Shown: positions 11,659 to 24,800 of the stretch, in pieces
Layout: each line of letters starts with the position of its first letter
How positions within the stretch are numbered: the first letter of the stretch is position 1
Origin: Camelus dromedarius
Lineage: Eukaryota
NCBI RefSeq assembly: GCF_036321535.1
Contig: NC_087436.1
Span: 10,788,001-10,852,000, forward strand
Direction: 5' to 3'
Length of the DNA stretch: 64,000 nucleotides
Made by a program: the position numbers and the translations under genes
Notes under the pieces: generated by a model
What the model was told of the DNA's origin: nothing
The model's database searches: none
Seen by the model: only the letters and a program-made list of their open reading frames with translations

Positions 11659-14477
11659 GTAGTACCAAAACTTTAGAATCCCTGGAATATCAGAATAATC
11701 CTATCCCTGAAAGCATTGCTGTCTAGAAACCTGCAAACAATACATACATAAAAACAGAACACAAAAGGTTAGGGAATCCTGCTTCCTCCTTACAACTAGT
11801 AGATTCCACGTTTCATGAACAAGATGGAGATGGATATAAAAGTTTAGGGATTAAAGTGAACAGCAAAGGGAAATAATGTATTTTCTTCAACTTCTCAACT
11901 TCTGTCCAAATTCCATCTGCAACACTAGTAATATGTTGCTTTGATAGAGGAAGAAAAAGCATAAAAGAGATCCTAAAAGAGTAAGAAAAAAAATGATAAA
12001 AAAAAATTTTGAGGTGGAGTAAAAGAACAAATCACAGAATTCAGCCTCCACAGAATTTTCCTCCACAATATTTCTGATATATCCTAATGTGGCTGCTTCT
12101 TTCATTATTCCATTGATGGAGAATTAGTCAATTTATTTTGAAAGCATGCAAAAATTTGGCAACCCCAATTGTGAGATTCTTCATAGGTTAGAACCCCCTT
12201 CCCCCTGGAACACACTTCTGCTATATGGATAGAAATACAACAAATTTACCGCAGAAATCCTTCAAATTTTGGAACAGTTAACATGTCATCTTTTAAGTCC
12301 AGCAAAGACGTGTGAAAAGGACATTCTGAAGTGCTGGACACACACATTCTTAAGTGAAGAACAGAATTAAAGTGTCATAAGTGTGTGTGGGTATTTTTAT
12401 ATGCTGTTTGAGACTAAGAGTTGCAGAATCAAAATTATTGGCTTTAGACCAAATGTCCTGTCTTTTGCTCCTAGCTCTCAGCCCAAATTACACATAAGTG
12501 CCCAACATTAAACTATTGAAAAATTGTATTCTCTCCTATACACTTTTCCCAGAAACTCTAATATTATAGGTCAGACTCATAAAGGTTAAGTGAGACTAAT
12601 GCATTTTGACAGGAGAATAAGTTCTTAAATCCATAACCAACTCTACTTGCAGACTCATGACTGATTATGGACAACGTATATGCTTTAATTCTGTAATTGT
12701 AATGAAAATGATTGAATGACCTCTAGGCATATCATCAATAAACGTTGTGAGTTAACTCACAGAACGACATCATAAAACATATAATAGAAAGACTGACCAG
12801 TGAGAAATTTTGCAATTAAATCATCATATTTCATTTACAGAAAGTCTATTCTAAAGAAAAGAAGGCAGCCGCTTACATGACAAGCTTGATTAGCTCACAA
12901 AGAACAAAGTCGGTACTAATTTTAGTAAAACCTAATTTTAATCAAGCAACATCATTTTCATTCATCATCCTTTGGCTTTAATCACTGTCTTCACTTGAAT
13001 GCTGAACAAAAGTGACTGCTAATTTTTGAAGGTTAATATAAAGAGTTATCAAACATCCTTTAGACCCACTGCTATAAAACACCATACGATGCTTAAATAT
13101 TATTCCTGGGACTATGGCCGAATTTACTTAGGTGTCTTTGTGTTTATAAGGTCTCAGCATACACACACACACACCTAAAAAGGTTTTTACACCCCTAAAA
13201 AGTAGTATTCTAGGACTCAGAATCATAACAGAGTATTTGGTGTTTAAAAGCATCCCTGTAAATGTTTAATAAATACAAGAGTAAATGTTATCAGCAAGTC
13301 TACACTGTCTCAGCTTGGGGTACAATCCTCGTAACTGGATTTCTACTTATTTCTAAAATGACAACCCTACTGTTCACAGGGTACTGATAACCAACCTTGC
13401 TCACCACTTCCAAATTGCTGTCTTATTAACCTACCCAATGACATAATCTCTCTGAGTATAGGGTCCTGACATCTTCCTCAACATCTCAAATCCCTCAAGC
13501 ATCTCTCTAGTTAGAACTGAGAATTTAGGATCTTGCCACAGACCAGAACCTCTGTGCATGGCTGCCTGCCTGACTTTTCTATTCATTTCCCTTCTTACAT
13601 CCATAAGATCCTGTCTCTTTTACCTGCCATGAAACACCATTATCTTGGACATAACCACTCAGGGCCCAAATGCAGCAGGATTGGTGCTTATGGATGGTGT
13701 CCATGACTTTAAAATCCAGGCCTTGAGCAGGTTGTCTCCATACTGGGCTTTGGACTGTGCATCCAGTCCCTCCCAGCAGGCCATTTTCCTCTGCAACTAA
13801 GAAGAAATAGCCAAGAAGAATAGATGCTAAGACATTAATTTCTGGATCAGTTTAGCCTTTACAAAAATATCTCCTTCCTTTTATATATTTGAAAGTTAAA
13901 TCATGTTTGGTGAAATTTAAAAAAGGATATAACACTACCATCACCACGAAGAAAGAAAACGAAACATAAAATCTGAATATCACCTCTAAAAAGTCATTTT
14001 ACAAATATCTTCATTTACAAGAAAGTCAAGTTTGTTTTTTTTTTTAACAATTTAGTTGCCCCATGAATACTACAGACTGACATTCAAATCTGATGACAGA
14101 TTATTTCTGAAATATTTTTTAAGTGAGAATTTAAGCTCACACACTTAAGATTTCTCTTTCTGGAATGTTTCTATCTGTTGAGTTCTACATGACACTATGA
14201 GTTAAGATAAAGGAGATTATCTCTGGGAAAATCCCTGTGGAGTTGGCTCCTATCTAAAATTACTATGAAGGACAAAAATTATCTTCTGGATGCTACAGAA
14301 TGCTTTAATGAGCTAGAGTTATTTATACCTGGATAAACAATAGAGAAAACATTTAATATTAATTATTTGATGGCCTTCTAGTATCTTTTTATACCATCTT
14401 ACAATGTATGCACATGCTGAATAAATTATACAAGAGCATTTATGGTACATGCCTACAAAAATATAATATAAATAGTA

Positions 14478-14641
14478 AGTTTTATTGTGTAGTACAGGAA
14501 ACTATATTCCATATCTTGTAGTAACCCATAATGAAAAAGAATATGAAAACAAATACATGTATGTATATGTGTGACTGAAACATTATGCTGTACACCAGAA
14601 ATTGACACATTGTAAACTGACTATACTTCAGTTAAAAAAAG
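14478..14641 (+). mobile_element. Short L1 3' tail
   Basis: GTACAGGAAACTATATTCC...GCTGTACACCAGAAATTGACACATTGTAAACTGACTATACTTCAGTTAAAAAAA. Confidence 0.9.
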
Positions 14642-15456
14642 AAAATATATATATATAATAGAATGTCTTTGTGTCTTTTTTATGATATATTTGGCTAGAA
14701 ACTTCAAATGAAATAACAAGAGATGATCATAAAAACAAGAAAACTGTTAGAACCTGGCATTAGCCAGGGAAATTACTTTATTGACTCGTCTAGGATAGTC
14801 ATAATAAATGACCAATACAGAGTTTCAGTATATTTGATCTTTTTTTCCTTGAAAAATAGAAAAATTTAATACACTTCTAAGGGAAATGGTCAAAGATAAA
14901 GGTGATGAAATTTAACAGCGGTTTGACTTGGAACAGGCTTTTTCAAGATACGGCCTGCTATTAGACTAACTCTCCTTTGTCTCAAATCCACAGAAACATA
15001 CAATGAAAATAATGTGATCTGGAGGCACTGCAAAATCTAAAATCAAAGACAGATATGGAATTTTTTTTTTTTTTAAGATTTTCAGCATCAGATAAAATGG
15101 TAACAGTTTCCACTGAAACAAGTGTTACCAGGATCCTTATTTACCTCAGCACCCAAATTTCTACCCAGCGATATGACCGAGTCAAAGAGATTCTGATGGT
15201 CTTTGCTGGGACAAGCTGAAAAGCAGAAATGTGATTTTATACAGAATTAAGTTTTATTACATCTTAAATCCAGCTGAGGTAGCCACACATTTGTGACACC
15301 CTATTCTGTTTTTGCTGCTACAGTTTAGCTCTAATTTCCCTTTCTTCACACCTCTTTCTCGTCATGTCTCAGATAGACTTTCCCTAAAACTTTTCCCTGG
15401 ACTTCTCTTTTCTCTCTGCCAGATCACTCTCTCCTCATCTGTACACTGTAAATTTC

Positions 15457-16027
15457 TGAAACTGAGCGGGACTCTGTGGGACCCTTCCAGGTACAAATCC
15501 TTTCCATGGCTCCTGTTTCCTGTTTGTAGGAAATAGGCTTCATTCAGCCTCCTTGACCTTCCCTGAGTTCCAAAGGGCAGATTCAAACAGCTGCCAATCA
15601 GGAAAGGGAGGGGATGTGGAAACAAAGGAGAAACAGTCAAGAAACAATAGTGCAGTGATTAAAGCTGGGTCCTGGTTCCTCTTTAAGGAACATACATAAC
15701 AATACCTTTGAGTTCTTCCGCAGGAACCAAGGCCCCCACCCAGATGGAGGATGGTGGCTTCAGGCTGAGCACAAGATTCCTGGAGCACCGCCGTGACCTC
15801 ACCACCAGCAATCAGGAGAAAGTCACACACTCTACAGCCCTCACCCCTAATTTTGCCTATAAAAACTTCTCCCTAAAAACTATCAAGGAATTCAGGGATT
15901 TTTTGAGAATGAGCCACCAGTTTTCCTTGCTTGGCCCTGCAGTGAACCTTTCTCTGCTCCAAAATCCAATGTTTTGGTTTGTTTGGCCTCACAGAGCATC
16001 AGGCACACAAACCTGCGTTCAGTAACA
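15457..16027 (+). mobile_element. Solo ERV1-type LTR (family A variant)
   Basis: TGAAACTGAGC...CAGTAACA, TSD TTTC (15453-15456 / 16028-16031), TATAAAA at ~15858. Confidence 0.9.
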
Positions 16028-16220
16028 TTTCCAAGAAAATATTCTTGATTATATCCAGCTTAGTTCCTGTCTGCTCCATACACAAGGGTTGTGGGAACAG
16101 TCCCTATATCCCTGTGTCTCAAACTCCCAATCTGTAGAACAAAAATACACAAAAGCAACAACTCACTCCATAGCATGTTGCACTTTACTTCATATTAGTT
16201 TTAATGTACTAGATTGATTA

Positions 16221-16742
16221 CATGGGGAAGAAAAATCATTTTGCCTCTTTCTTTCTAGATTCTAGGCTAAAATACACCTGCAATAAAAAGACAGATCAAC
16301 AGAAGAAAAACAGAGAGGTTTAATAACATGTTTTCCTTCTGTGTACATGGGAAATGACCAAGAAAGCTGCAGAACTTCCTGAAATATCTCTAGCCATCAC
16401 CTTAAATATCATCTACAGCTAAAAACAAAAGCTGTTGGGAGGCGGGAGGCCAGTTGCGGAAGGTGACCGGGAAAAGCACAAAAAAATGTAGGTAAGGTTG
16501 GTCATGCAGATTTAAGCCCTTACCTTCTGCCTTGATAAGTTTCTAGAGATTTTTAAGTCATCCTCCTCCTGGTCCAGGAGGGAGACACTCTACAAATGGA
16601 GATTTCCTGTATAAATGTAAGTGTCTCTTACAAAAAGGGTAACTTCTACTCAGTTTTCTGAGCTTCACCTGTGTCTGTGTCTTAAAAAATAACCAGCTTA
16701 CAATAATCAATATGCTAAAGAGGTATATTTTGCTTCCCTTCA
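16221..16742 (-). mobile_element. Solo ERV1 LTR, MER34/MER39-like
   Basis: Reverse strand begins TGAAGGGAAGCAAAATATACCTCTTTAGCATATTGATTATT, matching my recollection of the MER34-group 5' end. Homologous to 1-409. Confidence 0.75.
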
Positions 16743-17054
16743 ACTACAAGAGAACATATATTCCAGAAAAATTCTTGATTCTAACCTAAAATTTTTCCCT
16801 AGTATTTTTCCCCTATGATAAGTGCTGAGATCCAGAACCTCCTCAGATTAAGATTTTTTTTTTTTTTGGTAATTTACTAAACTCTAGCTTAATTTCTGTA
16901 GTTCTTCCTTCTCCACCAAAGCTACAGAAAACTATTAGTGAAAAGAGCCAGTGTTTTATATTGACATAAAGAAAATGCATTTTTGGGGGGGCCTCCTTCC
17001 TCCACTTCATGTCCTGGCCTTTCACACAAGGGGAAACAGCACTGCTTGAATTCT

Positions 17055-17172
17055 AAAATCTAAAATAAAACACCGTGTATTTATTATCTCACACGCTTTC
17101 TGCAGGTCAGGAGTTTGGAAGTGCTGAGCTGAGTGGGTCTGGCTCAGAGTCTCTATGGAGTTGGCAGTCTTC
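17055..17172 (-). mobile_element. MaLR (MLT1) 3' fragment
   Basis: ATTTATTATCTCACACGCTTTCTGCAGGTCAGGAGTTTGGAAGTG..GCTGAGTGGGTCTGGCTCAGAGTCTCT. Confidence 0.55.
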
Positions 17173-17964
17173 ACCTGATTATTCCTCCTTCTAATCATTT
17201 CTACCTTTTTATCCCAGAAGCCTGCTTTCATCCACTTAACCTCATTTGGTTTATTAAATGCTTGTTAAACTGACAAATATCCTGTGCCTGTCTGTTAAAT
17301 TCTCAAAAGGGTCTATATTAAATATTAAGAATGCTGTCATGCACTGTCCTTTGACTCAAGCAGGGAAAACTCACTAACTTGTTATGTGATTTCTCTTTGG
17401 AGCACAGCAGAGTTAGATATATGAAGGCTATTCTCAGACACTTTATTGTCCCATAGTTCCCTCAAAAACTGCTGTAAAGCCCACTGATTTAATTTAATGT
17501 AATGTATTTATTTTTCTTCTTTTTGCTTCTCTACCAGGTTTCCTAGCTGATGATACAAATGGTAACATCATCTCAGAAATGCTTAAAGGAAAAATAGTTG
17601 AACCAATGAAACAGATGGCTGAGAAAACATTAAGGAATTGTTCTTCATACTGATCGAATTTTAGATATAGATGTGCACTAAAAATACAAAAGCCGATGAA
17701 GAAAACACACATACCAATAGTCCATTAACATGATAAAACCATTTAAAATATTTTAAAATACATTGTTTAAGAATCCTTTTAGCAGACAATCCATTTTTAA
17801 TGGCTTATTATCTGAAAGAGCAGATGATAACAAATGAATAAATTACTCTGAAATTTCTTCCAAATAATCAGTTTGGGTTTTTGCAAAGAGATAATCAAAT
17901 ACATTTTCTTGGCTTTGATATAGAAACTTATGAAAAATGTTTTATCAATTACCATGTCCCCCAC

Positions 17965-18220
17965 TCAATATATATAGACACATTATATTCTTATATATAC
18001 ATTATATTATATATAATATATACACACTATATATGCATGTGTGTATTATATATATACATTATATTATACATATACATTATATTATACATACTCTCTATAT
18101 ATACATATGATATGTTTTATATATAAATGTTTCTATATTATATATAAATACTATATATAAATACATATTATGTATAAATACTATATATACATATATATAA
18201 ATACTATATATGTATAAATA
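17965..18220. repeat. TA-rich low-complexity/minisatellite tract
   Basis: Recurrent ATATACATTATATTAT and ATAAATACTATATAT units. Confidence 0.85.
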
Positions 18221-18491
18221 ATGGCAGACAACACAGAACCGAGAAATATTTTAAAGGATTATCACTATTCCATATTAATAAGCCAGTTAAGTATGGACTA
18301 TTTAAAAGAACAGTCAGTTCTTGTCACTGGCAGTACTTATGTTGGAACAGCCACTGCGAACACGGATTAGCAAACACAGAACCTCTGTTTCTAGGGGAGA
18401 TACTGGATTAGGTCCCTGCGAGCATCTGGCCACATTTCCACCACTGATCAATAAATAACTTTGTTTTATATCTGCTTCTGTTGAAAGACAC

Positions 18492-18861
18492 TGTCATGAG
18501 GAGGAATTTTTCCTCTACTCTTCTAGGTTCTTCTGGCTGGTCTAAGAATTAAAAGATGTTGAGGTAGTGGTTTGAGACTTCAGAGGAAACTCACATAGAG
18601 ATGGAAAAGTAAATGTTTGGTAAATAAATGTTTGCTGGGCCAGGCAGAGACAACGGGACACAGAGTGGACTCTGGCATCTAGGCTTTGTTCCCCCACCAC
18701 ACCCAGCCATGTCCTCTGGTGATCATTCTTTGCCAAGAACAGGCCCTTTATTTCAAGCCTTTAAGGCAGCTAAGGGGGAGGTAACCAGAAAGACAGTTCC
18801 TGAGTCTTCTGTTCTTTAAAACTAATCAGCCTAGATTAGTCCTCAATTGTGCTGCCCTACA
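18492..18861 (-). mobile_element. Solo ERV1 LTR (MER39/MER34-group, internally shortened) inserted in MER82
   Basis: TG...CA ends, TSD ACAC (18488-18491 / 18862-18865). Shares CTAGGTTCTTCTGGCTGGT with the other MER34-group LTRs. Confidence 0.8.
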
Positions 18862-19130
18862 ACACCTTCTTTCATATAGATTGTTGCTTCATTAACAATG
18901 AATTCACAGCCAACAGCACTATAACTCATGCCTGAACAGTGCTTAGCTAACACATTTATTTTCCCTAAAAGACACATCACAGCCTTCTTGCCCGTGGGAA
19001 CCCTACTCAGCACTTGAGCACTATGCTCAGGGCCATTTTAAACAGTGGAATCACCAACAAAACTCAAATGTGATATACATGGCACCAAGTAGATTACCAA
19101 AGGGAGACTTGTCCACAAAGAGACTAAAAC

Positions 19131-19710
19131 TGAAACAGAGCAGGACTCTGCAGGGCCCTCCAAGGTATAAATCCTCTCTGTGTCCCCCATTTCTGTTCGT
19201 TCAGCCTCTATGACCTTCCCTGAGTTCCAAAGGGCAGACTCCAACAGCTGCTACAAAGGGAGGGGAGGGAATGCAGAGACAAGGGAGGAGCAGTCAAGAA
19301 ACAATAGTGCAGCCTCGGGGCAGGTCCTGTTTCCTCTTCAAGGAATATACATAACTAAGCCTTTGATTTCTTCTGCAGGAACTAAGGCCCCACCCAGGTA
19401 GAGGATGGTGACTTCAGGCTGAGCACAAGATTCTTGGAGCACAGCCCTGTTACTTCACCCCAACAACTCAAGAGAAAGCCTGCCCACAGTGGAAGATGAC
19501 AAAGACTCGGACCCCCTCCCCAAACTATTTTCACTTTAAAAACTTTCATGATCCAGTAGAATCTTTGGAGCTGGGTTTTGAACACGAGTCTGCCATCTCC
19601 CCAGGTTGTTGGCCTCCTCAATAAAGCAACTTTTCCTTCCCATCAACACTCGTCTCCCAAGGACAGGCAGGTTTTCAATCTGTGAGCAGTGGAACCTGAG
19701 TTCAGTAACA
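19131..19710 (+). mobile_element. Solo ERV1-type LTR (family A) inserted in MER82
   Basis: TGAAACAGAGCAGG...CAGTAACA, TSD AAAC (19127-19130 / 19711-19714), AATAAA at ~19620. Confidence 0.9.
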
Positions 19711-20722
19711 AAACCAGAAGGTAGCATGCCCCCTTGTTGGACCTCAGCTGGGAACATGTGCATCTGGCACTCACATTCTTTGCTCCTCTGTGTGTGGGCA
19801 ACACTGAGAGGGCTGGGAGTATGGTTTCTGGGGTTACAAATACATTTTAGTGAATACATGAATTCAGAAATATAGAATTCATGAACTAGAACACCTTCTA
19901 AACGGCTTTGAAATTTTCTTCAAGACCACAATTTTTCTTTGACTCCTGCAGACTAGGTTAATTTGATATATTCTTGACATCTTCCTATTTGACCATCCTG
20001 CACTTCACTGGCCATGGTCCATCTCCATTAACTTCATGCCAGTAAATGCACTGTGACTGTCAGCATCACAGAACTACTCCACCGTCATTGTTCTCATTTA
20101 ATTCCCCAAATTTCCAAATCCAAGCATTGCTTTCAGATAGATTCCACTTCCTACCACTTGAACAACAATGCCCTGTTCCTTAACTGTTCTTCATTTTCTT
20201 TCTGTTTTACATTCAAATCTTTGAATCAGTCATTTGCATCTGATAAATGACTTTTCTCCTTAATAGCTCGTAATTCTTTAAAAATCTGGCCACTACATCC
20301 AACACCCAATTAAAATTATATTCTTCATTGACACCAAGAGCCTGTTTTCTGCCAAATCTGATGGCCTTGGCTCAGCCATTTAAACACGGAGCACTTGCCG
20401 CCGCGGCTCTCAGATGCTCTGGCCCCTCGAGCATCCTGCTTTTCCTGCTTATTCAACATTGATCTGCCCTGCTGCTGCTTCCTCATCTCTGTGACATCTC
20501 CTCTTTGTTTTCTTTCCCACTATCTGTAGGCTTTTCTAAGACAAAAGACATTCAAACATCTTGACTACACTGAGATAAATTTCTAGACCCGAGATGGAAA
20601 CACTCGTGCCCAAGGAACCATGTCAATGTGTTTTGTTTTGTTTCGTTTTGCTTTGTTTTTCCTTTAAATGACCAGAAATGTAGTATATCTAGTCAGCCAA
20701 TCCCCACATGCCACCAAGGAAT

Positions 20723-21069
20723 TCTTCTGCCTGCATTTTGCCAGAGGTCCCAGGGTCTCTCAGCTTTAAGAGCCCCAGAGGAAACCGTGTCCAGTCAATG
20801 AAGTATCCTGCCCACTCTGACAACAACTGGGGAGGGACCATTTTCTCTTCTTCCCTCCTAGGTTCTTTGGCTGGTTTAATAATTAAATTGATATAAGATG
20901 GGTTAACGGGAGCAAAACAAGCAAACATGCAATAACAGGTATACTCTTTGTATACATGGAGAGACCCAGGAACAGGGAAACTCCATGAAATGGTGGAAGC
21001 CATCACCTGAAGTACCATCTTCAGCTAAAGACAAAAGAAGATGCTCAGGGTGGGGAATCAGTTATGAGA
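20723..21069 (-). mobile_element. ERV1 LTR 3' part plus leader (inverted homologue of 21805-22148)
   Basis: Reverse-complement alignment by eye. ORF-track peptides KYPAHSDNNWGGT...LAGLIIKLI (+) and KYPAHCDNCWGGT...LAGLIIKLI (-) mirror each other. Confidence 0.85.
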
Positions 21070-21074
21070 CTTAA

Positions 21075-21320
21075 TGTCCCCCCAGATGCCATCAACTCTG
21101 GGCTCTGTACTTACTTCCTTGTTCCTTGATCCTTCTATGTGAGACCAGGTATGCAACCCCAGCCAATCATGCCCTAGTTCTGCGTTGCCACACTGAATGC
21201 TGTATAAACCTCACTCTTGCCCAAAACCCGTCAGAAAGAGCACCCCACTGCTAAGGGTGGTTGTTTCCTCCTGAATAAAAACATTAAGGTGCTAACTAAA
21301 TTGTTTTAGTTTCACCTTTT
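21075..21320 (+). mobile_element. Probable LTR fragment of another family
   Basis: Ordered CCAAT (~21163), TATAAA (~21203) and AATAAA (~21274) at LTR-like spacing. Confidence 0.4.
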
Positions 21321-21520
21321 GACTACAACCCACAATAACCAATACCTTTTATACCATGATTTAGTACATGCACACCCACACACACAGAGACATGCACACA
21401 GAAACACAAAAACACCTCAAATAAAGGGTTGCAGAATAATCCTTCCCCTTACTAACTGCAGAACACTCTGATACTGCTTTTCTATTCCATTATTTCCTTT
21501 TTTCTGTTTTTTTTTTTAAA
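21318..21520. mobile_element. hAT-Charlie (Charlie4-like) fragment
   Basis: TTTTGACTACAACCCACA...AGTACA-(CA)n...CCCTTACTA...CACTCTGATA...TTTTCTATTC pattern as recalled from the consensus. Confidence 0.4.
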
Positions 21521-21804
21521 GTAATGCCTCTCAGAAAGTGCTTCTTTTGGCCCTAAACCTTCCCTCTAAAATGCAATTTAGTGCTCTGTGCTTACCCTAG
21601 AGATAGGCCTAAAGGTTGCCAAGCTACACAATGAAAAACTTTTCAGATATGGGTTTTTTTATGAACATTAAAAAGGAGAAATGATTCAAGAATATGTATG
21701 TATTTCTGCAAAGATTAACTTACAAACCTACTATACATATTTTTAATGCTAAAAAGTATTTTAAAAAAAGAACAATTAATTCAAATGGGGTTTTCCTGAG
21801 AACT

Positions 21805-24800
21805 TCTCATAACTGACTTCCCACCATCAACATCTTCTTTTGCTTGAGCTGGAGATGGTACTTCAGGTCAGGGCTTCCACCATTTAGGGAGTTACTCAGT
21901 TTTCCTGGGTCTCTCCATTTATATACAGGGGGCATACCTGTTATTAAACATTTGCTTGTTTTTCTCCTGTTAACCTGCCTTCTATCAATTTAATTATTAA
22001 ACCAGCCAAAGACTCTAGAAGGGAAAAAGGGAAGGCTGTTCCTCCCCAGCAGTTGTCACAGTGGGCAGGATACTTCACTGGCTGGACACTGTTTGCTCTG
22101 GGGCTCTTTGAGAGGCCCTGGGACCTCTGGCAAAAAGCAGGCAGAAGATAAGGATTCTTACCACATCCGTCTCCCACATCTCTGCCTGCAGGGCCCAATG
22201 GAAGCAAAAGTGGTGAGAATCCTCTTCACTTTCTAACTTTGGATTAACAGGAGAAAATATTTATGGAAGCTGGTTCCTTGGATATCATGACTTCAGTAAA
22301 GACTGGTTAGGAGTGTTCCTGCTTTTTATTAATCCCTTACCCCCCCCCCCCCAAGAGATAATCATTGTTTTCTTTTGTTTCTCTCATGTGGCTCTTTGTC
22401 TTAAGAACTTGGCTTTATGACCAATGAGAATATTCTTTTGGGTCTCCATCAACCGCAGGATGTACGCACTGGTGTGTATCTGGCAGGCAGCTGAACAGCT
22501 GTGGATCCAATAAGCCATTGGTCAGAAACACAGGTGACAACCTGGACTTGTGCCTGGCATCTCTGTCTGGTCATGCCAGCTCTCAAGGGAGCTTGTCATA
22601 AAGGTCCAGGTCTATCAGAGGCCTTTGTCATCTCACCCTTCATTGTCTTGTTAGTGCTGGAAAAGTCCATGCCAGTAGTACCTGCCTGGGGTCACAGGTT
22701 AGTGGGTCTGTGACCAGAGGTTCCTCATATTCTCATGGGAAACAGAAGACACTATTTGCACTGCCCCGTTTTTACCACCTGTGACAACGAAGTCTTTACC
22801 TTCTCAGGCTGCCTCTGGGAGTGAACTTCTGGATCTTGTGAGGGCTGTATTCTTGCACTCTCTTGTAGGACACCTCTTGCAACCTTGGTTAAGCCACCAA
22901 AAGCCTGATTGGTTTGAGCCGCTATTGAGATTAATTGATCCTACTCATCAATGGTCAGACAATGGATAATTTAAATGGCTATATATATATATTTTTATGT
23001 AGAAAACTCTCATCCTAAAAACTGTCTCATTGATACCTATGGGAAAACCAAATTAAGAAGTGGCTACAAAGCAGCATAATGGCTAGCCTTAAAGACTCCC
23101 TTACCAAGATGAAAGAACAAAAACTCAACTTACAATGAAAATTAAAATCCAAATCTAAATATAAATGTAAATCACACCCTCTTCTATGCACATTTATCCA
23201 CAACTCCCTACTCAACCCTTCAGAAGATCTTTTGGATCTCTGGCCCCTTGTCTAAAGATCTCTCAAAATCCAGCCCCGCTGCCTTAGCAAATTCCCCTAG
23301 ATTGCTAAATAACTCCCACTTCCCCCAGGAACTCCTTAAAGGCTCAGCTGCCTGTTTTGATTTCCCTCTCTTTACAAGATTTACAGAGAACAGTACAGCC
23401 TGACTTCCAGGTCTGGAATATACAGGCTACTCGTGTTAACAGTAAAATTCAGGAAATAAACTTAGCAGAAGCAGCCAAGAGAGACAGTAGGGCTTGCTCT
23501 GCTGTCCTTTACAATTCCTCCTATTTCTCAGGGCTCTGAAATCAGGCTCTCCCAGCTTCAGGTCTTCCTATACAATGTCCTTTGTGGATGTATTGTCCCT
23601 CCCCCAACAAAGAATTCATATCCCCAGGACAGGAGCAGATCTTCAAGAAATTCTGTACGGAAAGGAAAAGAAGCAAACTGGAGATCAATGTAGTGAGATG
23701 GGCAGATCAGAGCCTTGATACAATTTAGGCAGCAATCCAGTTCTTTGAGGAATTAAAAACAGCTGTCCTTGTTCTACAAATCCAGTCTCTACAGAACCAG
23801 AGGTGTGCTTCCAGAAATAAAGTTTTACGAAGCTCCAAACCTCCTCTATTCACCTAAAAATGCTTGAAGATACTGAGACATTAAAACGAGGATTGTCCTG
23901 CACTTAAGAAAAAATTTAAATAGTAATTAGCCTGGATCTCTGATAATAGTCAAATATGCCCCCAAACTCCATCTCTGAGAGAATTTCTCAGTGCCTTTGT
24001 AGTGTAGATCTTCTATGCCTATCTGCTCTAGGACCTAAAAGCCATTCTTTGAAATGCTAACTTTAGAAAAATTACCCACTTCAGGAGAAAAAAAAAAAAA
24101 AAGGTGAGTAGAAGTGGACTGGAAACTAGCCAAACGAAAATCTTAGTAATATTCTTCATAAATGTTAGTGATAAAAAGCTTTAGCCACAGAAGCGGTAAC
24201 ATCTCTATTTGCATCTATCTGTATGTTTCTTTTTCTCTCTCATATATGTGATGTGTGATATTTTTCTACCTTCAGATGGATTTGTCAAAATTGACTTATA
24301 ATGAATTCTATTTAGTTGGGTTGAAGGCAAGTACTTGTAAGAACTGGGTATTGTAAAATTATCAGAAATATAAATAGAAACTAACCTAAATGCTTTCCAA
24401 GTTAACACGATCTGGGAAATTATTTGGCATTACACCTAATTTAAGTTTGTTGGTTTAAATAAAATGCACATAGCTTTACAGTTATCAACATTGAATATAA
24501 TGCAGACATACAACTCTTTTTCTGCCTGGATGTATTAGTCAAGTAAGCTCATTTTATCTCTGTTACAATGTTTGTCAATAAGAAAAATAACCTGCACGAG
24601 GTAGTTTTCAGAAGCAATCTAAGGAAATTAAATGGATGTAAGTGAGAGAAAAGTTTCTAGGTGGCCTTTCAAAATAGTTTCGCCATTTTCTTTTTTCTGG
24701 AAACCTTAAACCTTAAAGTTGTGTTAAGTTAGATTAAATCGTGGATAACCATTGAATACTTCAATCATTCCCAAATAAGATGAAATACTGGAACAGTAAT

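Larger units (their letters stand above)
18311..19887 (+). mobile_element. MER82-like (Tigger family) DNA transposon in three pieces: 18311-18491, 18866-19130, 19715-19887
   Basis: CTAGGGGAGATAC..TTAGGTCCCTGCGAGC, CAACAGCACTATAACTCATGCCTGAAC, GGCCATTTTAAACAGTGGAATCACCAACAAAA, GACCTCAGCTGGGAAC and GGGGTTACAAATACATTTTAG occur in consensus order once the two LTRs are removed. Confidence 0.8.

Noticed and set aside
11887..12105. 72-aa ORF with hydrophobic, TM-like stretch
   Set aside because: The Phe/Ile/Leu run derives from A-rich low-complexity DNA read antisense. No splice or homology support.
15540..16025. 96-105 aa ORFs (also 11105-11311, 19180-19875, 52860-53282)
   Set aside because: They lie within LTR/MER82 sequence. 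Similar peptides recur only because the LTRs are paralogous.
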